From the IMG/VR virus record IMGVR_UViG_3300011008_000022: a DNA stretch of 64,000 nucleotides; one strand, 5' to 3'. The translations under genes and the position numbers were made by a program. Within the stretch, counting starts at the first letter, position 1. Each line of letters begins with the position of its first letter. Positions 53,588-62,192 of this stretch are shown piece after piece. The stretch comes from a virus. The notes under the pieces are model-generated. The model worked only from the letters and a program-made list of their open reading frames with translations, was not told the origin of the DNA and ran no database searches.

Positions 53588-55096
53588 ATGAACATGTTTT
53601 CTTATAACTCCGATTTCTACCCCACCCCGAAAGAAGTTATTGCCCAGATGATGATGGGCGAAGATATAGTAGGCAAAACCATTCTCGAACCCTCTGCCGG
53701 TTCTGGCAATATCGTTGACTGGCTCAAAGAGAATGGAGTCAAGGAGGTCATCGCCTGCGAGAATGACCCTACCCTACTCCGCATTCTACGCGGAAAGTGT
53801 GACATCCTGGCTGAAGACTTCCTGACAGTCACCTCCGAACAGGTCAGCCACTGCGACTATATCGTAATGAACCCGCCCTTCTCTCATGGTGCCGAGCACA
53901 TTCTTCACGCCTTCGATATTGCCCCCGCTGGCTGCACCGTCGTGGCCCTCTGTAATAGCAGCAACTTTGACTCTTTCTACCGCAACAAGACCAAACAGCG
54001 CCTCGCCGAGACTATCGACCTCTACGGACAGCGCGAGTCGCTGGGTAATGTCTTCCACACTGCCGACCGTCAGACAGATGTCAACATCGAACTTATCAAG
54101 CTATACAAGGAGGGTGCCGGTGCCAGTGAGTTCGACGGTTATATCTTTGAGCAGTACGACTCAGACACTGCTGGCACTCAGGAAGGACTCATGCAATACA
54201 ACTTCGTGCGCGATATTGTGAACCGTTACGTCTCTGCTGTTCGCATGTTCGATGAAGTTATGGCTATGTCAAAGCGCATCAATGAGGTGGCCGACTTCTA
54301 CGACTTCCGCACCGTCACCGACCCTAAGACCGGCGAAACTCGCCAGGAGCCACAATACTATGGCGGACTGCCTATCACCTTTGGCGCTCAGACCAAGGGC
54401 GAACACCCCACCGCTATCAGTCACCAGCGCTATAAGCGAGAACTGCAGAAGCACTACTGGCACATCATTTTCCAGAAGCTCAACATGGAGAAGTATGCCA
54501 CCCGCGAACTCCGTGAGCAGATCAACCGCTTCATCGAGTCCCAGAAGTGCGCACCATTCACCATGAAGAATGTCTATCGCGTCATCGATATGGTCATCCA
54601 GACTAACGGACAGCGAATGCTTACCGCCCTGGAAGAAGCCTTCGACCTCATTTGCTCACTATCTGCCGAGAACTCCACCGCTGGCGAGAAATGGAAGACC
54701 AACGCTAACTATATGGTCAATCGCCGCTTCATCGTTGACTACATCACAGAGGGTTATTTCTATGGCTCCACCCGTCCAACTGTTGACTTCCCTTGTGGTG
54801 GCCGTACCGACCGCATGGAGGATGTCTGCAAGGCACTGTGCTACCTCACTGGACGCAATTACGACGAGATAGGCCGCCTAACTCAGGTAGGCCGTGGCCA
54901 ACAGTGGGGACAGTGGTTTGAGTGGGGCTTCTTCCGCTGCCGTGGCTATAAAAAGGGCACCATGCACTTTGAGTTCCTGGACGAAGACGTGTGGGCACGT
55001 TTCAATTACGAGGTAGCCGTCCAGAAGTCCAAGACAAAAGGCTGGGACCTCCCAAAGGTCACACCTAAAAAGTCGAAAAAAACAAAAGCCGCCTAA
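53588..55096 (+). CDS. N6-adenine DNA methyltransferase (gamma-class) with large C-terminal domain
   Basis: FYPTPKEVIAQM, ILEPSAGSGNIVDWL (motif I) and VMNPPFSHG (motif IV, NPPF). Confidence 0.7.
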   Translation: MNMFSYNSDFYPTPKEVIAQMMMGEDIVGKTILEPSAGSGNIVDWLKENGVKEVIACENDPTLLRILRGKCDILAEDFLTVTSEQVSHCDYIVMNPPFSHGAEHILHAFDIAPAGCTVVALCNSSNFDSFYRNKTKQRLAETIDLYGQRESLGNVFHTADRQTDVNIELIKLYKEGAGASEFDGYIFEQYDSDTAGTQEGLMQYNFVRDIVNRYVSAVRMFDEVMAMSKRINEVADFYDFRTVTDPKTGETRQEPQYYGGLPITFGAQTKGEHPTAISHQRYKRELQKHYWHIIFQKLNMEKYATRELREQINRFIESQKCAPFTMKNVYRVIDMVIQTNGQRMLTALEEAFDLICSLSAENSTAGEKWKTNANYMVNRRFIVDYITEGYFYGSTRPTVDFPCGGRTDRMEDVCKALCYLTGRNYDEIGRLTQVGRGQQWGQWFEWGFFRCRGYKKGTMHFEFLDEDVWARFNYEVAVQKSKTKGWDLPKVTPKKSKKTKAA

Positions 55097-55236
55097 CCCC
55101 TACCCGCCCCCACTGGTTCCCCCAGTGGGGTGCTCTGTTTCGTTTATTGTCAGGCGATTTTATCGCCAAAACAAAAAAAAATCACTAAAAATCAAAATTT
55201 TATCGAAAAATATTTGGTAATATCAAATTATATTCG

Positions 55237-55244
55237 TATCTTTG
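55237..55244 (+). promoter_or_regulatory. -7 promoter box (TATCTTTG) plus leader hairpin 55268-55280
   Basis: It lies within the ~94 bp cassette 55153-55246, which is repeated at 56787-56879. Confidence 0.55.
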
Positions 55245-55300
55245 CACCGACAAATAAAAGTTTAACCGAGGGAATCCCTCACAAAAAACATTTTCAGCGT

Positions 55301-55735
55301 ATGACAATCCAAGAATTTAAGAACGAAGCCGCCCGCCGAGGTCACACCTTCGACAATAGCGACAATGCCTCTCGTGCATGGTCTCGCTCATGGGGCCTTA
55401 CCTGGTGGCGCAATGTATGGTTCTATCGTGAGTACCGTCTGGGTGCTTTCACCTATCGTACTGGTCGCGTCCGCCATCGCCATCACTCTTACACTAACAC
55501 CGAGTATCGTATTAACGACTCTGAGGTTTCACAACGTGAGTTCCTAAAGGCTCTCGACACCTTTCAGGCTCCCGCCCTCTCTGCCGATGAGCAGTCCTAC
55601 ATCCAGCAGCAAGAGCAGCTTGCGCGTCAGGCTGCAGCCCGTCGTGCTGCATGGCACCGCTCCCACCCTTCACGCTCTCGCCGTCAGACCTCTTCCGATC
55701 ATGCCGTGCAACTCACATTCAATTTCGCTGCATGA
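55301..55735 (+). CDS. hypothetical basic protein
   Basis: The first ATG after the promoter/leader hairpin is at 55301 (MTIQEFKNEAARRGH). The track ORF 55130-55735 reads through the promoter cassette. Confidence 0.55.
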   Translation: MTIQEFKNEAARRGHTFDNSDNASRAWSRSWGLTWWRNVWFYREYRLGAFTYRTGRVRHRHHSYTNTEYRINDSEVSQREFLKALDTFQAPALSADEQSYIQQQEQLARQAAARRAAWHRSHPSRSRRQTSSDHAVQLTFNFAA

Positions 55736-55792
55736 TTTCATCAATTCATAAATTCATCTATTCACCGTTTCACTAAAAAACACTAAACAATT

Positions 55793-56359
55793 ATGGATAA
55801 ATTTAATTTTGGAGTTATCAGACCATATATGGTCGAAGAACAGCGCATGATAAATCGTTATGCTAACGAGAATGAGGGCACTCTGCCCATGCTGCATTCA
55901 CCTCATATCAAGTTGGGTCACTATGACACTCAGACTATCGCCTCTGTTGCTATGCGTGGTCTTACCCTGAATGGCTGGACGTGTAAGCAAACCTATAAGT
56001 GGTGGCAGGACTATCGCCGCCACCATTCTGCCCTCTATCCTGGCTCATGCTCTTCTGAGGTCTCTTGTGGTCCTAAGATTTTCGAGCGCGTATGGAACAC
56101 GCTGGCTGAATGGCTGCCATATCATCTGCCTAAGATTACCAACAGCCGGTGGTACTATATGAACATCACCGACTGGGACGGACGCAGACGCAAGTGGTAT
56201 TTCGACCGCCCAGACGATGCCACCGCCGTGCATTATTTCTTGCACCATAAAAAATCAGATCACGATATCAACGAATATCATTCCCTTTATTCTGTCACCT
56301 GGGACGGTCAGAATTTCGTCAACCCGAAACGCCTTTCAGTCTCACACAAAGCTGCATAA
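55793..56359 (+). CDS. hypothetical protein
   Basis: 188 aa ORF. It shares the 35 nt leader TTCACCGTTTCACTAAAAAACA with the ligase gene. Confidence 0.6.
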   Translation: MDKFNFGVIRPYMVEEQRMINRYANENEGTLPMLHSPHIKLGHYDTQTIASVAMRGLTLNGWTCKQTYKWWQDYRRHHSALYPGSCSSEVSCGPKIFERVWNTLAEWLPYHLPKITNSRWYYMNITDWDGRRRKWYFDRPDDATAVHYFLHHKKSDHDINEYHSLYSVTWDGQNFVNPKRLSVSHKAA

Positions 56360-56395
56360 ATTCATTCATTCATTATTTCATCAATTCATCAATTC

Positions 56396-56740
56396 ATGTC
56401 ACACTATCTCTACACATTCACCCTCTCCACAGCCACCGGCGACCATGGCCACCAGTACCCGCTACTCACCGCCAACGAATACCCCTGGATGAACGTCCAG
56501 ATTATCCCCACACCCGACTCTCAGCGCTCCCTCATTCTCGAAGCGCTCAACAAGCGGGGTGGGGGAGTGGCCACCGTCTCAGGGCGCACCGACTTCGTGG
56601 CTATCCAGGCCGGTGGCGGTTCCGAAGAGCACCCCACCATCCCTATCACCCGCCAGAACTACCAACATGTCGCCGCCATTCTCCGCGACTGCCTCCAAGC
56701 AGCTGCCGACCACTGGGCCGCTACTCACCCCGTCGAGTAG
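56396..56740 (+). CDS. hypothetical protein
   Basis: 114 aa ORF. Confidence 0.5.
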   Translation: MSHYLYTFTLSTATGDHGHQYPLLTANEYPWMNVQIIPTPDSQRSLILEALNKRGGGVATVSGRTDFVAIQAGGGSEEHPTIPITRQNYQHVAAILRDCLQAAADHWAATHPVE

Positions 56741-56869
56741 AGCGCCCAGCGGTTCCCTTGCTGGTCCTCTGTCCCGTCTCTTTTAGGGCGATTTTATCGC
56801 CAAAACAAAAAAATTAGCCAAAAATCAAATTTTTCTCGAAAAATATTTGGCAGTATCAAAATATATTCG

Positions 56870-56877
56870 TATCTTTG
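56870..56877 (+). promoter_or_regulatory. -7 promoter box (TATCTTTG) plus leader hairpin 56909-56922
   Basis: Second copy of the ~94 bp promoter cassette. Confidence 0.55.
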
Positions 56878-56939
56878 CAGCGTAAAACAATAAATAATAT
56901 GTTTCACCGAGGGTCAGCCCTCACAAATAAACAAAGAAT

Positions 56940-57356
56940 ATGAAAGTAACAATCGACAATTTCAACAACCAACTGGAAGTCACCGTTCAGGGCGACACCA
57001 TGACCGTAGCGTTAGAACGTGGCCACTTCGTGCTATCTGATGCAGTCAATACTGAGTGCTCTTTTGAGACAGAAGAAGACTACGCCAGACTGTTGCACGA
57101 TGCAGCTCTGTCGTTAGTAACGCTGGGTACAGACGTTACCAGTTTCGATGAGTGGGAGAACCTGTTTAGCTCATGGGCCGACGATGAGCCTGGCGACGAT
57201 GCAGATCCCGAAGACCTCGAAGCCTATCACAAGTGCCTGGCGAATGACCGTGCCGACTTTGAGCGCGAACAGGATGCCGCCCGCAACTGGCAGTCACTGA
57301 CTGACCTCGATGCAAAAGCCATCTGGGACTACCTCGAAAACCGCTGGCAAATCTAA
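56940..57356 (+). CDS. hypothetical strongly acidic protein
   Basis: 138 aa, D/E-rich (for example WADDEPGDDADPEDLEAY). An anti-restriction or DNA-mimic role is only speculation. Confidence 0.55.
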   Translation: MKVTIDNFNNQLEVTVQGDTMTVALERGHFVLSDAVNTECSFETEEDYARLLHDAALSLVTLGTDVTSFDEWENLFSSWADDEPGDDADPEDLEAYHKCLANDRADFEREQDAARNWQSLTDLDAKAIWDYLENRWQI

Positions 57357-57417
57357 TCATTCATCAATTCATACATTCATAAAATCATCAATTCATTAAA
57401 TATAGGAGAAACAAATT

Positions 57418-57750
57418 ATGAATAAAGAGATTACAATGGAGTTCGTTGCCGGCACCGTTGCCGACTTCCTGAACGCAGTCAATGAGGGTGAACAGTTCGC
57501 CTACGAGAATGCCGTACATACTTTCAAGAATAGCACAGAGCTGAACGATGAGCAGGAAGCTATGTTGAGAAATTCCCTGTACCATTTGGAAATTATGGAA
57601 AACAATATCCCTGATGTTGAAACTATGAAGCCAATCGTAGCATGTGAGTGTCACATCATCTTCTGGACGCTTGCTGCAGACTGGCATTGCATCAATACTC
57701 GCACCCTGGGAGATAGTGACGAGTATATATCACAGAACCCGAAGAACTAA
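57418..57750 (+). CDS. hypothetical protein
   Basis: 110 aa ORF. Confidence 0.5.
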   Translation: MNKEITMEFVAGTVADFLNAVNEGEQFAYENAVHTFKNSTELNDEQEAMLRNSLYHLEIMENNIPDVETMKPIVACECHIIFWTLAADWHCINTRTLGDSDEYISQNPKN

Positions 57751-57807
57751 CCTCCCGTTATAGCACCCCCAGTTATTCACCGTTTCACTAAAAAACAGAA
57801 AACAATT

Positions 57808-59442
57808 ATGACACATTCAGATTATATCAACGCCGTTGGCCGCGCCAACTACTACTCCCACATGTACTATGTCGCATCCGCTCCCGTTGTGAGCGATGCC
57901 GAGTTTGATGCCCTCGTCGCTCAGATCGAGCAGTACGAACGCCTCAATCCCTCACACATTCTCCCAGACAGTCCCACCCAGCAGGTAGGCTCCGACCTCA
58001 ATGGCAATGGCCGTATCGTCCACCGCACCCCTATGCTCTCCTGTCAGAAGGCTCAGGACATCCAGAAGGTTGCTTCGTGGATCAACAAGACCAACCAGCG
58101 CATGAACGCCCTCACCGGCGACAACCACACTGGCGGTTACAAGCTCGTAGCCATGTGGAAGTACGACGGCATTTCTTGCTCTCTCGTCTATCAGGATGGC
58201 CAACTCATCAGCGCTGCCACTCGTGGCGATGGTAGGGTAGGGCAGGACATCACCGCCCACGCCCTCTGCATCCCCTCCATCCCTCAGCAGCTCCGCGAGA
58301 CGGGTGCCACCTACTCCCTCGCCGGTCGTATTGAGGTCCGTGGCGAAATCGTCTGCAGCAAGCGCAACCTCCACCTACTTTCCACTCGTTACACCGATTG
58401 CCGCACAGCAGCTTCCGCTCTCTGCAACCAGTCAGTGCCCGACGCTATCGATCTCGCCATGCTCGACTTCATCCCCTGGGATGCCTATATCGACGACGCT
58501 ATCAGCAGTCAGATTCAGTTCTCTTGCACCCCGCTCGGCTACCCCTGGCATAAGTTCGACTTCCTCCATCGCCTTTGCTTCATCCACCGTCCTGACGTAT
58601 GGACCGCCCACACTCTCGACGATGTTCAGCAGCTGCTGGCGAAGCGTGAGGCAGAACGTGCCGCTTTCGACTTCCCCGTTGATGGTATCGTCCTCCGCAT
58701 CATGCACGATGACTATTTCCGCGCCCTGGGTGCCACCGCACACCATCCTCATGGCTCTATCGCCTACAAGTTCGCACCCGCTAAGGCCATCACCACATGC
58801 CGCCGTATAGAGGTGACTGTAGGTAAGACTGGCAAGCGCACCCCCGTCGCTTACTTCGACTTTGTGACCCTCCTCGACCGCGAAGTACATTCCGCCTCCC
58901 TCTATTCAGAGAAGACAGCCAACGACCTCGGCATCTATCCAGGTGCCACCATCGAGGTAGGTCTGTCAAACGACATCACCCCAAAGGTCTTTCGCGTTAT
59001 AGCCACTGCCGGCGCTTCTGTTTCCTCCGTAGGCGATGGCTCTGCCGTCGCTCCTTCCCAGCCGCTCTCGGCTGGGGTAGGGGACAATGTTACGGAAAAT
59101 AACCCCTTATCTCCCGCCTCTGACGAAGCTCCCGCCGATTGTCCCGTATGTGGCGACACTATTGCCACCGATGACGAAGAGGAAGAAGTCTGGCTCGCCC
59201 CCTCTCTCTTCTCCGACGAAGCTCCCGCCACCGCTGCCCCTGTCGCCTCTGACAAAGAAGCCGCTCCTACCACAGCGCTCGGTGGTTCTCCCACCGATGA
59301 ACCCGCCACCCCTCACCATAGCACCACCGCCGCAGTTCTCGCCACTGTCGCCTGTGCTGCAGTCCTCTGTTGCTTTGGTGCAGTAGTCCTGGGTGCTGCC
59401 GTCTTCTGTCTGCCCCTCATAGCCGGCACCCTCCGCGTATAG
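57808..59442 (+). CDS. ligA: NAD-dependent DNA ligase (LigA) core: Ia + adenylation + OB domains, with a non-canonical tail
   Basis: YYSHMYYVASAPVVSDAEFDAL...DSPTQQVG matches domain Ia. MWKYDGISCSLVY..ATRGDGRVGQDIT carries the KxDG adenylation motif. After about aa 400 the HhH/BRCT regions are absent and are replaced by low-complexity sequence and a hydrophobic C-terminus. Confidence 0.72.
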   Translation: MTHSDYINAVGRANYYSHMYYVASAPVVSDAEFDALVAQIEQYERLNPSHILPDSPTQQVGSDLNGNGRIVHRTPMLSCQKAQDIQKVASWINKTNQRMNALTGDNHTGGYKLVAMWKYDGISCSLVYQDGQLISAATRGDGRVGQDITAHALCIPSIPQQLRETGATYSLAGRIEVRGEIVCSKRNLHLLSTRYTDCRTAASALCNQSVPDAIDLAMLDFIPWDAYIDDAISSQIQFSCTPLGYPWHKFDFLHRLCFIHRPDVWTAHTLDDVQQLLAKREAERAAFDFPVDGIVLRIMHDDYFRALGATAHHPHGSIAYKFAPAKAITTCRRIEVTVGKTGKRTPVAYFDFVTLLDREVHSASLYSEKTANDLGIYPGATIEVGLSNDITPKVFRVIATAGASVSSVGDGSAVAPSQPLSAGVGDNVTENNPLSPASDEAPADCPVCGDTIATDDEEEEVWLAPSLFSDEAPATAAPVASDKEAAPTTALGGSPTDEPATPHHSTTAAVLATVACAAVLCCFGAVVLGAAVFCLPLIAGTLRV

Positions 59443-59540
59443 CGGATCTCCCGCTGGTCATCCGGCTCGTTCCGCATGTGGCTATGTTATAGCCATCCTC
59501 CCAAATCACAAATTTCATCAATTCATCAAATCATCATTCA

Positions 59541-60359
59541 ATGGAAAATCAATTCAACACCGTTCAGCCCAACCCCATCTGGGATGGCGAACTTTCACAG
59601 TATAGTCAGCACTTCATGTCGGGTATGCAGTTCCACGCACCCTTCATCGTCACCAAGTATCAGCAGCGTTCCGACCTCGGCGACTGCATCATCAGCACCC
59701 GTCCGCCTTATCTCGTTTGCAAGATCCACGGCTTCAAGACAGCAGCTGCTGCCGGACGCACCGACAATCCCAAGCTGGTGGCCATGGCCGAACGTGAGGA
59801 ACAGGCTCGTGTCGAATACCTCCAGCAGCGCCAGCAGGCGTTCCGCAATCGTATTGAAGCCGACCGTCATGGCATCACCATCCGCCAGCTCATTGAACAG
59901 CAGGGACGTGTCTATGACGAAGAACTCGATGAGCCGCGCATCGTCTGCAAGGTGCCTGGTCTTAATGTCTATCTCGAACTCGTAGGCTGCCTCCAGCCGC
60001 TTTCTGATGAAGACCCCGAATGGCTCGGCGACAATGGCATCCTCGCCACGCTCGACTCCATGATGCAGTGGGCACCAAACATCTACGACCGCGCCGATCG
60101 CCGTGCTCGTGCCTCTCAGTTCTCCGACATTCAGCCCCTCGACTCCTGGATTGACCCCTACAATCCTGACCTCCGCCCCTGGATGCCTCGCAAACGTGGC
60201 CTCGGTCATACTTTCATCGACCCCAGCCGCCGCCCTGATCTGCTTTACTCCAAGGCACCGCAAGGCGCTGCCGACTATGGCATGATACGCACCATCAAGG
60301 AGGCCACCGCCCACAATGCCGCCCAGGGCATAGCCCCCGAAGACTATGGCCACCGTTAG
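59541..60359 (+). CDS. hypothetical protein
   Basis: 272 aa ORF. Confidence 0.6.
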   Translation: MENQFNTVQPNPIWDGELSQYSQHFMSGMQFHAPFIVTKYQQRSDLGDCIISTRPPYLVCKIHGFKTAAAAGRTDNPKLVAMAEREEQARVEYLQQRQQAFRNRIEADRHGITIRQLIEQQGRVYDEELDEPRIVCKVPGLNVYLELVGCLQPLSDEDPEWLGDNGILATLDSMMQWAPNIYDRADRRARASQFSDIQPLDSWIDPYNPDLRPWMPRKRGLGHTFIDPSRRPDLLYSKAPQGAADYGMIRTIKEATAHNAAQGIAPEDYGHR

Positions 60360-60487
60360 CCCCTATATGTCGTTATAGCGCACCTCAAAAATCACAAAAT
60401 TTCATCATTTCATCAATTCATACATTCATATATTCATAAATTCATAAAATAAACATCATTTTATTTTGTAAAATCAAAATTTATTTT

Positions 60488-60495
60488 TATCTTTG
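60488..60495 (+). promoter_or_regulatory. -7 promoter box (TATCTTTG)
   Basis: TAnnTTTG match 27 nt upstream of parA ATG 60522. Confidence 0.5.
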
Positions 60496-60521
60496 CACCA
60501 AAATTATCAAATTATATCATT

Positions 60522-61385
60522 ATGGCACGTATTAAAGAAATCCTGGCATTCGCCAACAATAAGGGTGGGGTAGCCAAAACCACCACCGTCCAGAACGTCG
60601 CTGCCGGTCTTCTCCGGCGCAACAGTCGTCTGCGCATCCTCTGCATCGATCTCGACCCGCAGGGCAATCTTTCTTCCCTCCTCGGCTGGCGCGATAAGAT
60701 GAAGGAGTACCACGCTAAGAACCTCGCCACTCTCACCGTGGCCGATGCCCTCCGCGATGGCGACAACAACCACCTGCCTGTCTATCAGTCTCGCAAGGGT
60801 CTCTACTATGTCCCCGCCTCTGCCGGACTGTCCGACATCGACCCTGACCTCCATCGTCAGATGCAGTCCAAGCTGGTGCTTTCGTCACTCTTTGGCAATG
60901 ACATCTTCGACATGGACCACCTCTACCTCGGTGCAAAGGCACTCGATGGCGAATACATTGAAGACACCTTCGACTATGTGCTCATCGACTGTGCTCCTGC
61001 CCTCTCCGAACTAACCTTCAACGCGCTCGCTGCCGCCTCTGGTGTCATCATCCCCGTGCAGCTCGGCTCGCTTTCAGTCGATGGCATTGGCCGCATGGTC
61101 GAAGCCTACAAGAATGTCAAGCGCAAACTCAATGCCGACCTCGACATGCGGGGCTTGCTCATTGTCATGGCCGACGAGCGCACCCGACTGGCTCGTGAGA
61201 CTACCGACTACCTCCGCGACCAGTACGACACCACTATCTTTAAGACGCGCATCCGCCAGTGTGTTAAGGTGGGCGAAAGCCAGTTCCAGCATGAGGACAT
61301 CTTCACCTATGCCCCCGAATGCACCGCCTCTCACGACTACCGCGACTTCGTTTCCGAACTCATCAAAACCCAAAATCCTGAATAA
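60522..61385 (+). CDS. parA: ParA/Soj-family partition ATPase
   Basis: Deviant Walker A ANNKGGVAKTTT and Walker A' LCIDLDPQGN. The 287 aa size is typical. Confidence 0.8.
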   Translation: MARIKEILAFANNKGGVAKTTTVQNVAAGLLRRNSRLRILCIDLDPQGNLSSLLGWRDKMKEYHAKNLATLTVADALRDGDNNHLPVYQSRKGLYYVPASAGLSDIDPDLHRQMQSKLVLSSLFGNDIFDMDHLYLGAKALDGEYIEDTFDYVLIDCAPALSELTFNALAAASGVIIPVQLGSLSVDGIGRMVEAYKNVKRKLNADLDMRGLLIVMADERTRLARETTDYLRDQYDTTIFKTRIRQCVKVGESQFQHEDIFTYAPECTASHDYRDFVSELIKTQNPE

Positions 61386-61387
61386 TT

Positions 61388-61732
61388 ATGGCTGTCAAAT
61401 CATTCAAAAAGACTTCCAAAAAGTCCATCGTTGCCGGTTCCCCCGCTATTGAGGAACACGAGCAGATCATGTCCTCCGTCCGTGCTGAGTCTGCCGAACC
61501 TGCTCCAAGCGGTTCTCCCGCTGCCCCCGCTTCCGCTGCGTCAGCATCAGGCACCACCATCGGTGTCTTCTCCACGCTCAACACCGAACCGCTGAAGAAC
61601 GTCCAGACGCGCGTACCGCTCTCTATCTATGAGAAACTGAACCGCATGAAGTATTTTGCCGGACAGCGCACCTCTATCGGCGACATTGTGGCACAGGCCA
61701 TTCAGGAGTATTGCGACCGGCATCCCGTCTGA
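61388..61732 (+). CDS. small partition partner candidate (ribbon-helix-helix-like C-terminus)
   Basis: 114 aa ORF immediately after parA. The C-terminal VQTRVPLSIYEKLNRMKYFAGQRTSIGDIVAQAIQEY looks RHH/ParG-like. Confidence 0.45.
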   Translation: MAVKSFKKTSKKSIVAGSPAIEEHEQIMSSVRAESAEPAPSGSPAAPASAASASGTTIGVFSTLNTEPLKNVQTRVPLSIYEKLNRMKYFAGQRTSIGDIVAQAIQEYCDRHPV

Positions 61733-61747
61733 TTGGGGTGGGGTATA

Positions 61748-61814
61748 GGTTACGCTTTTTTACCCCTAAATTACGTTCCTTATCCCCATAGGGTTACGCT
61801 TTTTACCCCCTAAA
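61748..61814 (+). repeat. two copies of GGTTACGCTTTTT(T)ACCCC(C)TAAA (third copy at 63662-63684)
   Basis: Copies at 61748-61770 and 61792-61814, directly after the par genes. A third copy lies directly after the rep stop codon. Confidence 0.8.
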
Positions 61815-61944
61815 CATGATATATATCTTTATTTATTATATAGTATTGATAAATTTTCTTTTATATGATTATAAGAATATATAATTACCTGCGCCCTCCA
61901 TTGGCTCACAACCCCCGTAAATACTGGCTTTCTGCCGTTTCGGT

Positions 61945-62192
61945 GGGGTATTTCTCCGTAGCCTTCGGTGGCATTCTCCGTAACCTTTGGGCTGTTCTTG
62001 GTAACGGTGGGGTGCATTTCCGGCCACTCTCTTCGTTAGGGGTCATTTTCCGTAACTCTCTCCCCGTTGTTCTCTATGTTGCTATACCATCGCAACTCTT
62101 CTATAAGGGGTCATTTTCCGTAACTCTCCCCCGTCCGTGCATGTGGCTATGCCATAGCCACCAGTCATTTAAGGGGTAAATCTTCGTAACTA
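61945..62192 (+). repeat. iteron-like array GGGGT.ATTT(T)CCGTAAC upstream of rep
   Basis: Copies near 61945, 61967, 62008, 62038, 62106 and 62172. Two are perfect 23-mers, AGGGGTCATTTTCCGTAACTCTC, at 62038-62060 and 62106-62128. Confidence 0.7.

Noticed and set aside
59139-59170. CPVCGDT in the ligase tail, read as the remnant of the LigA zinc finger.
   Set aside because: Only one Cys pair is present. The underlying DNA (TTGTCCCGTATGTGGCGACACTATTGCCACC) parallels the intergenic GTCCCGTCTCTTGTGTGGCGATTGCATCGCC module. The resemblance to CPxCG is probably coincidental, though this is left open in the ligase finding.
8556-60353. Long antisense ORFs, for example 8556-9335, 10187-10939, 21924-22664, 31563-32618, 34815-35459, 50247-51071 and 59595-60353 (all minus strand).
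   Set aside because: Each is fully nested opposite a longer plus-strand ORF that either has recognisable domains or fits the tightly coupled operon. None has a minus-strand TAnnTTTG box or leader. They are typical shadow ORFs in moderately GC-rich coding DNA.
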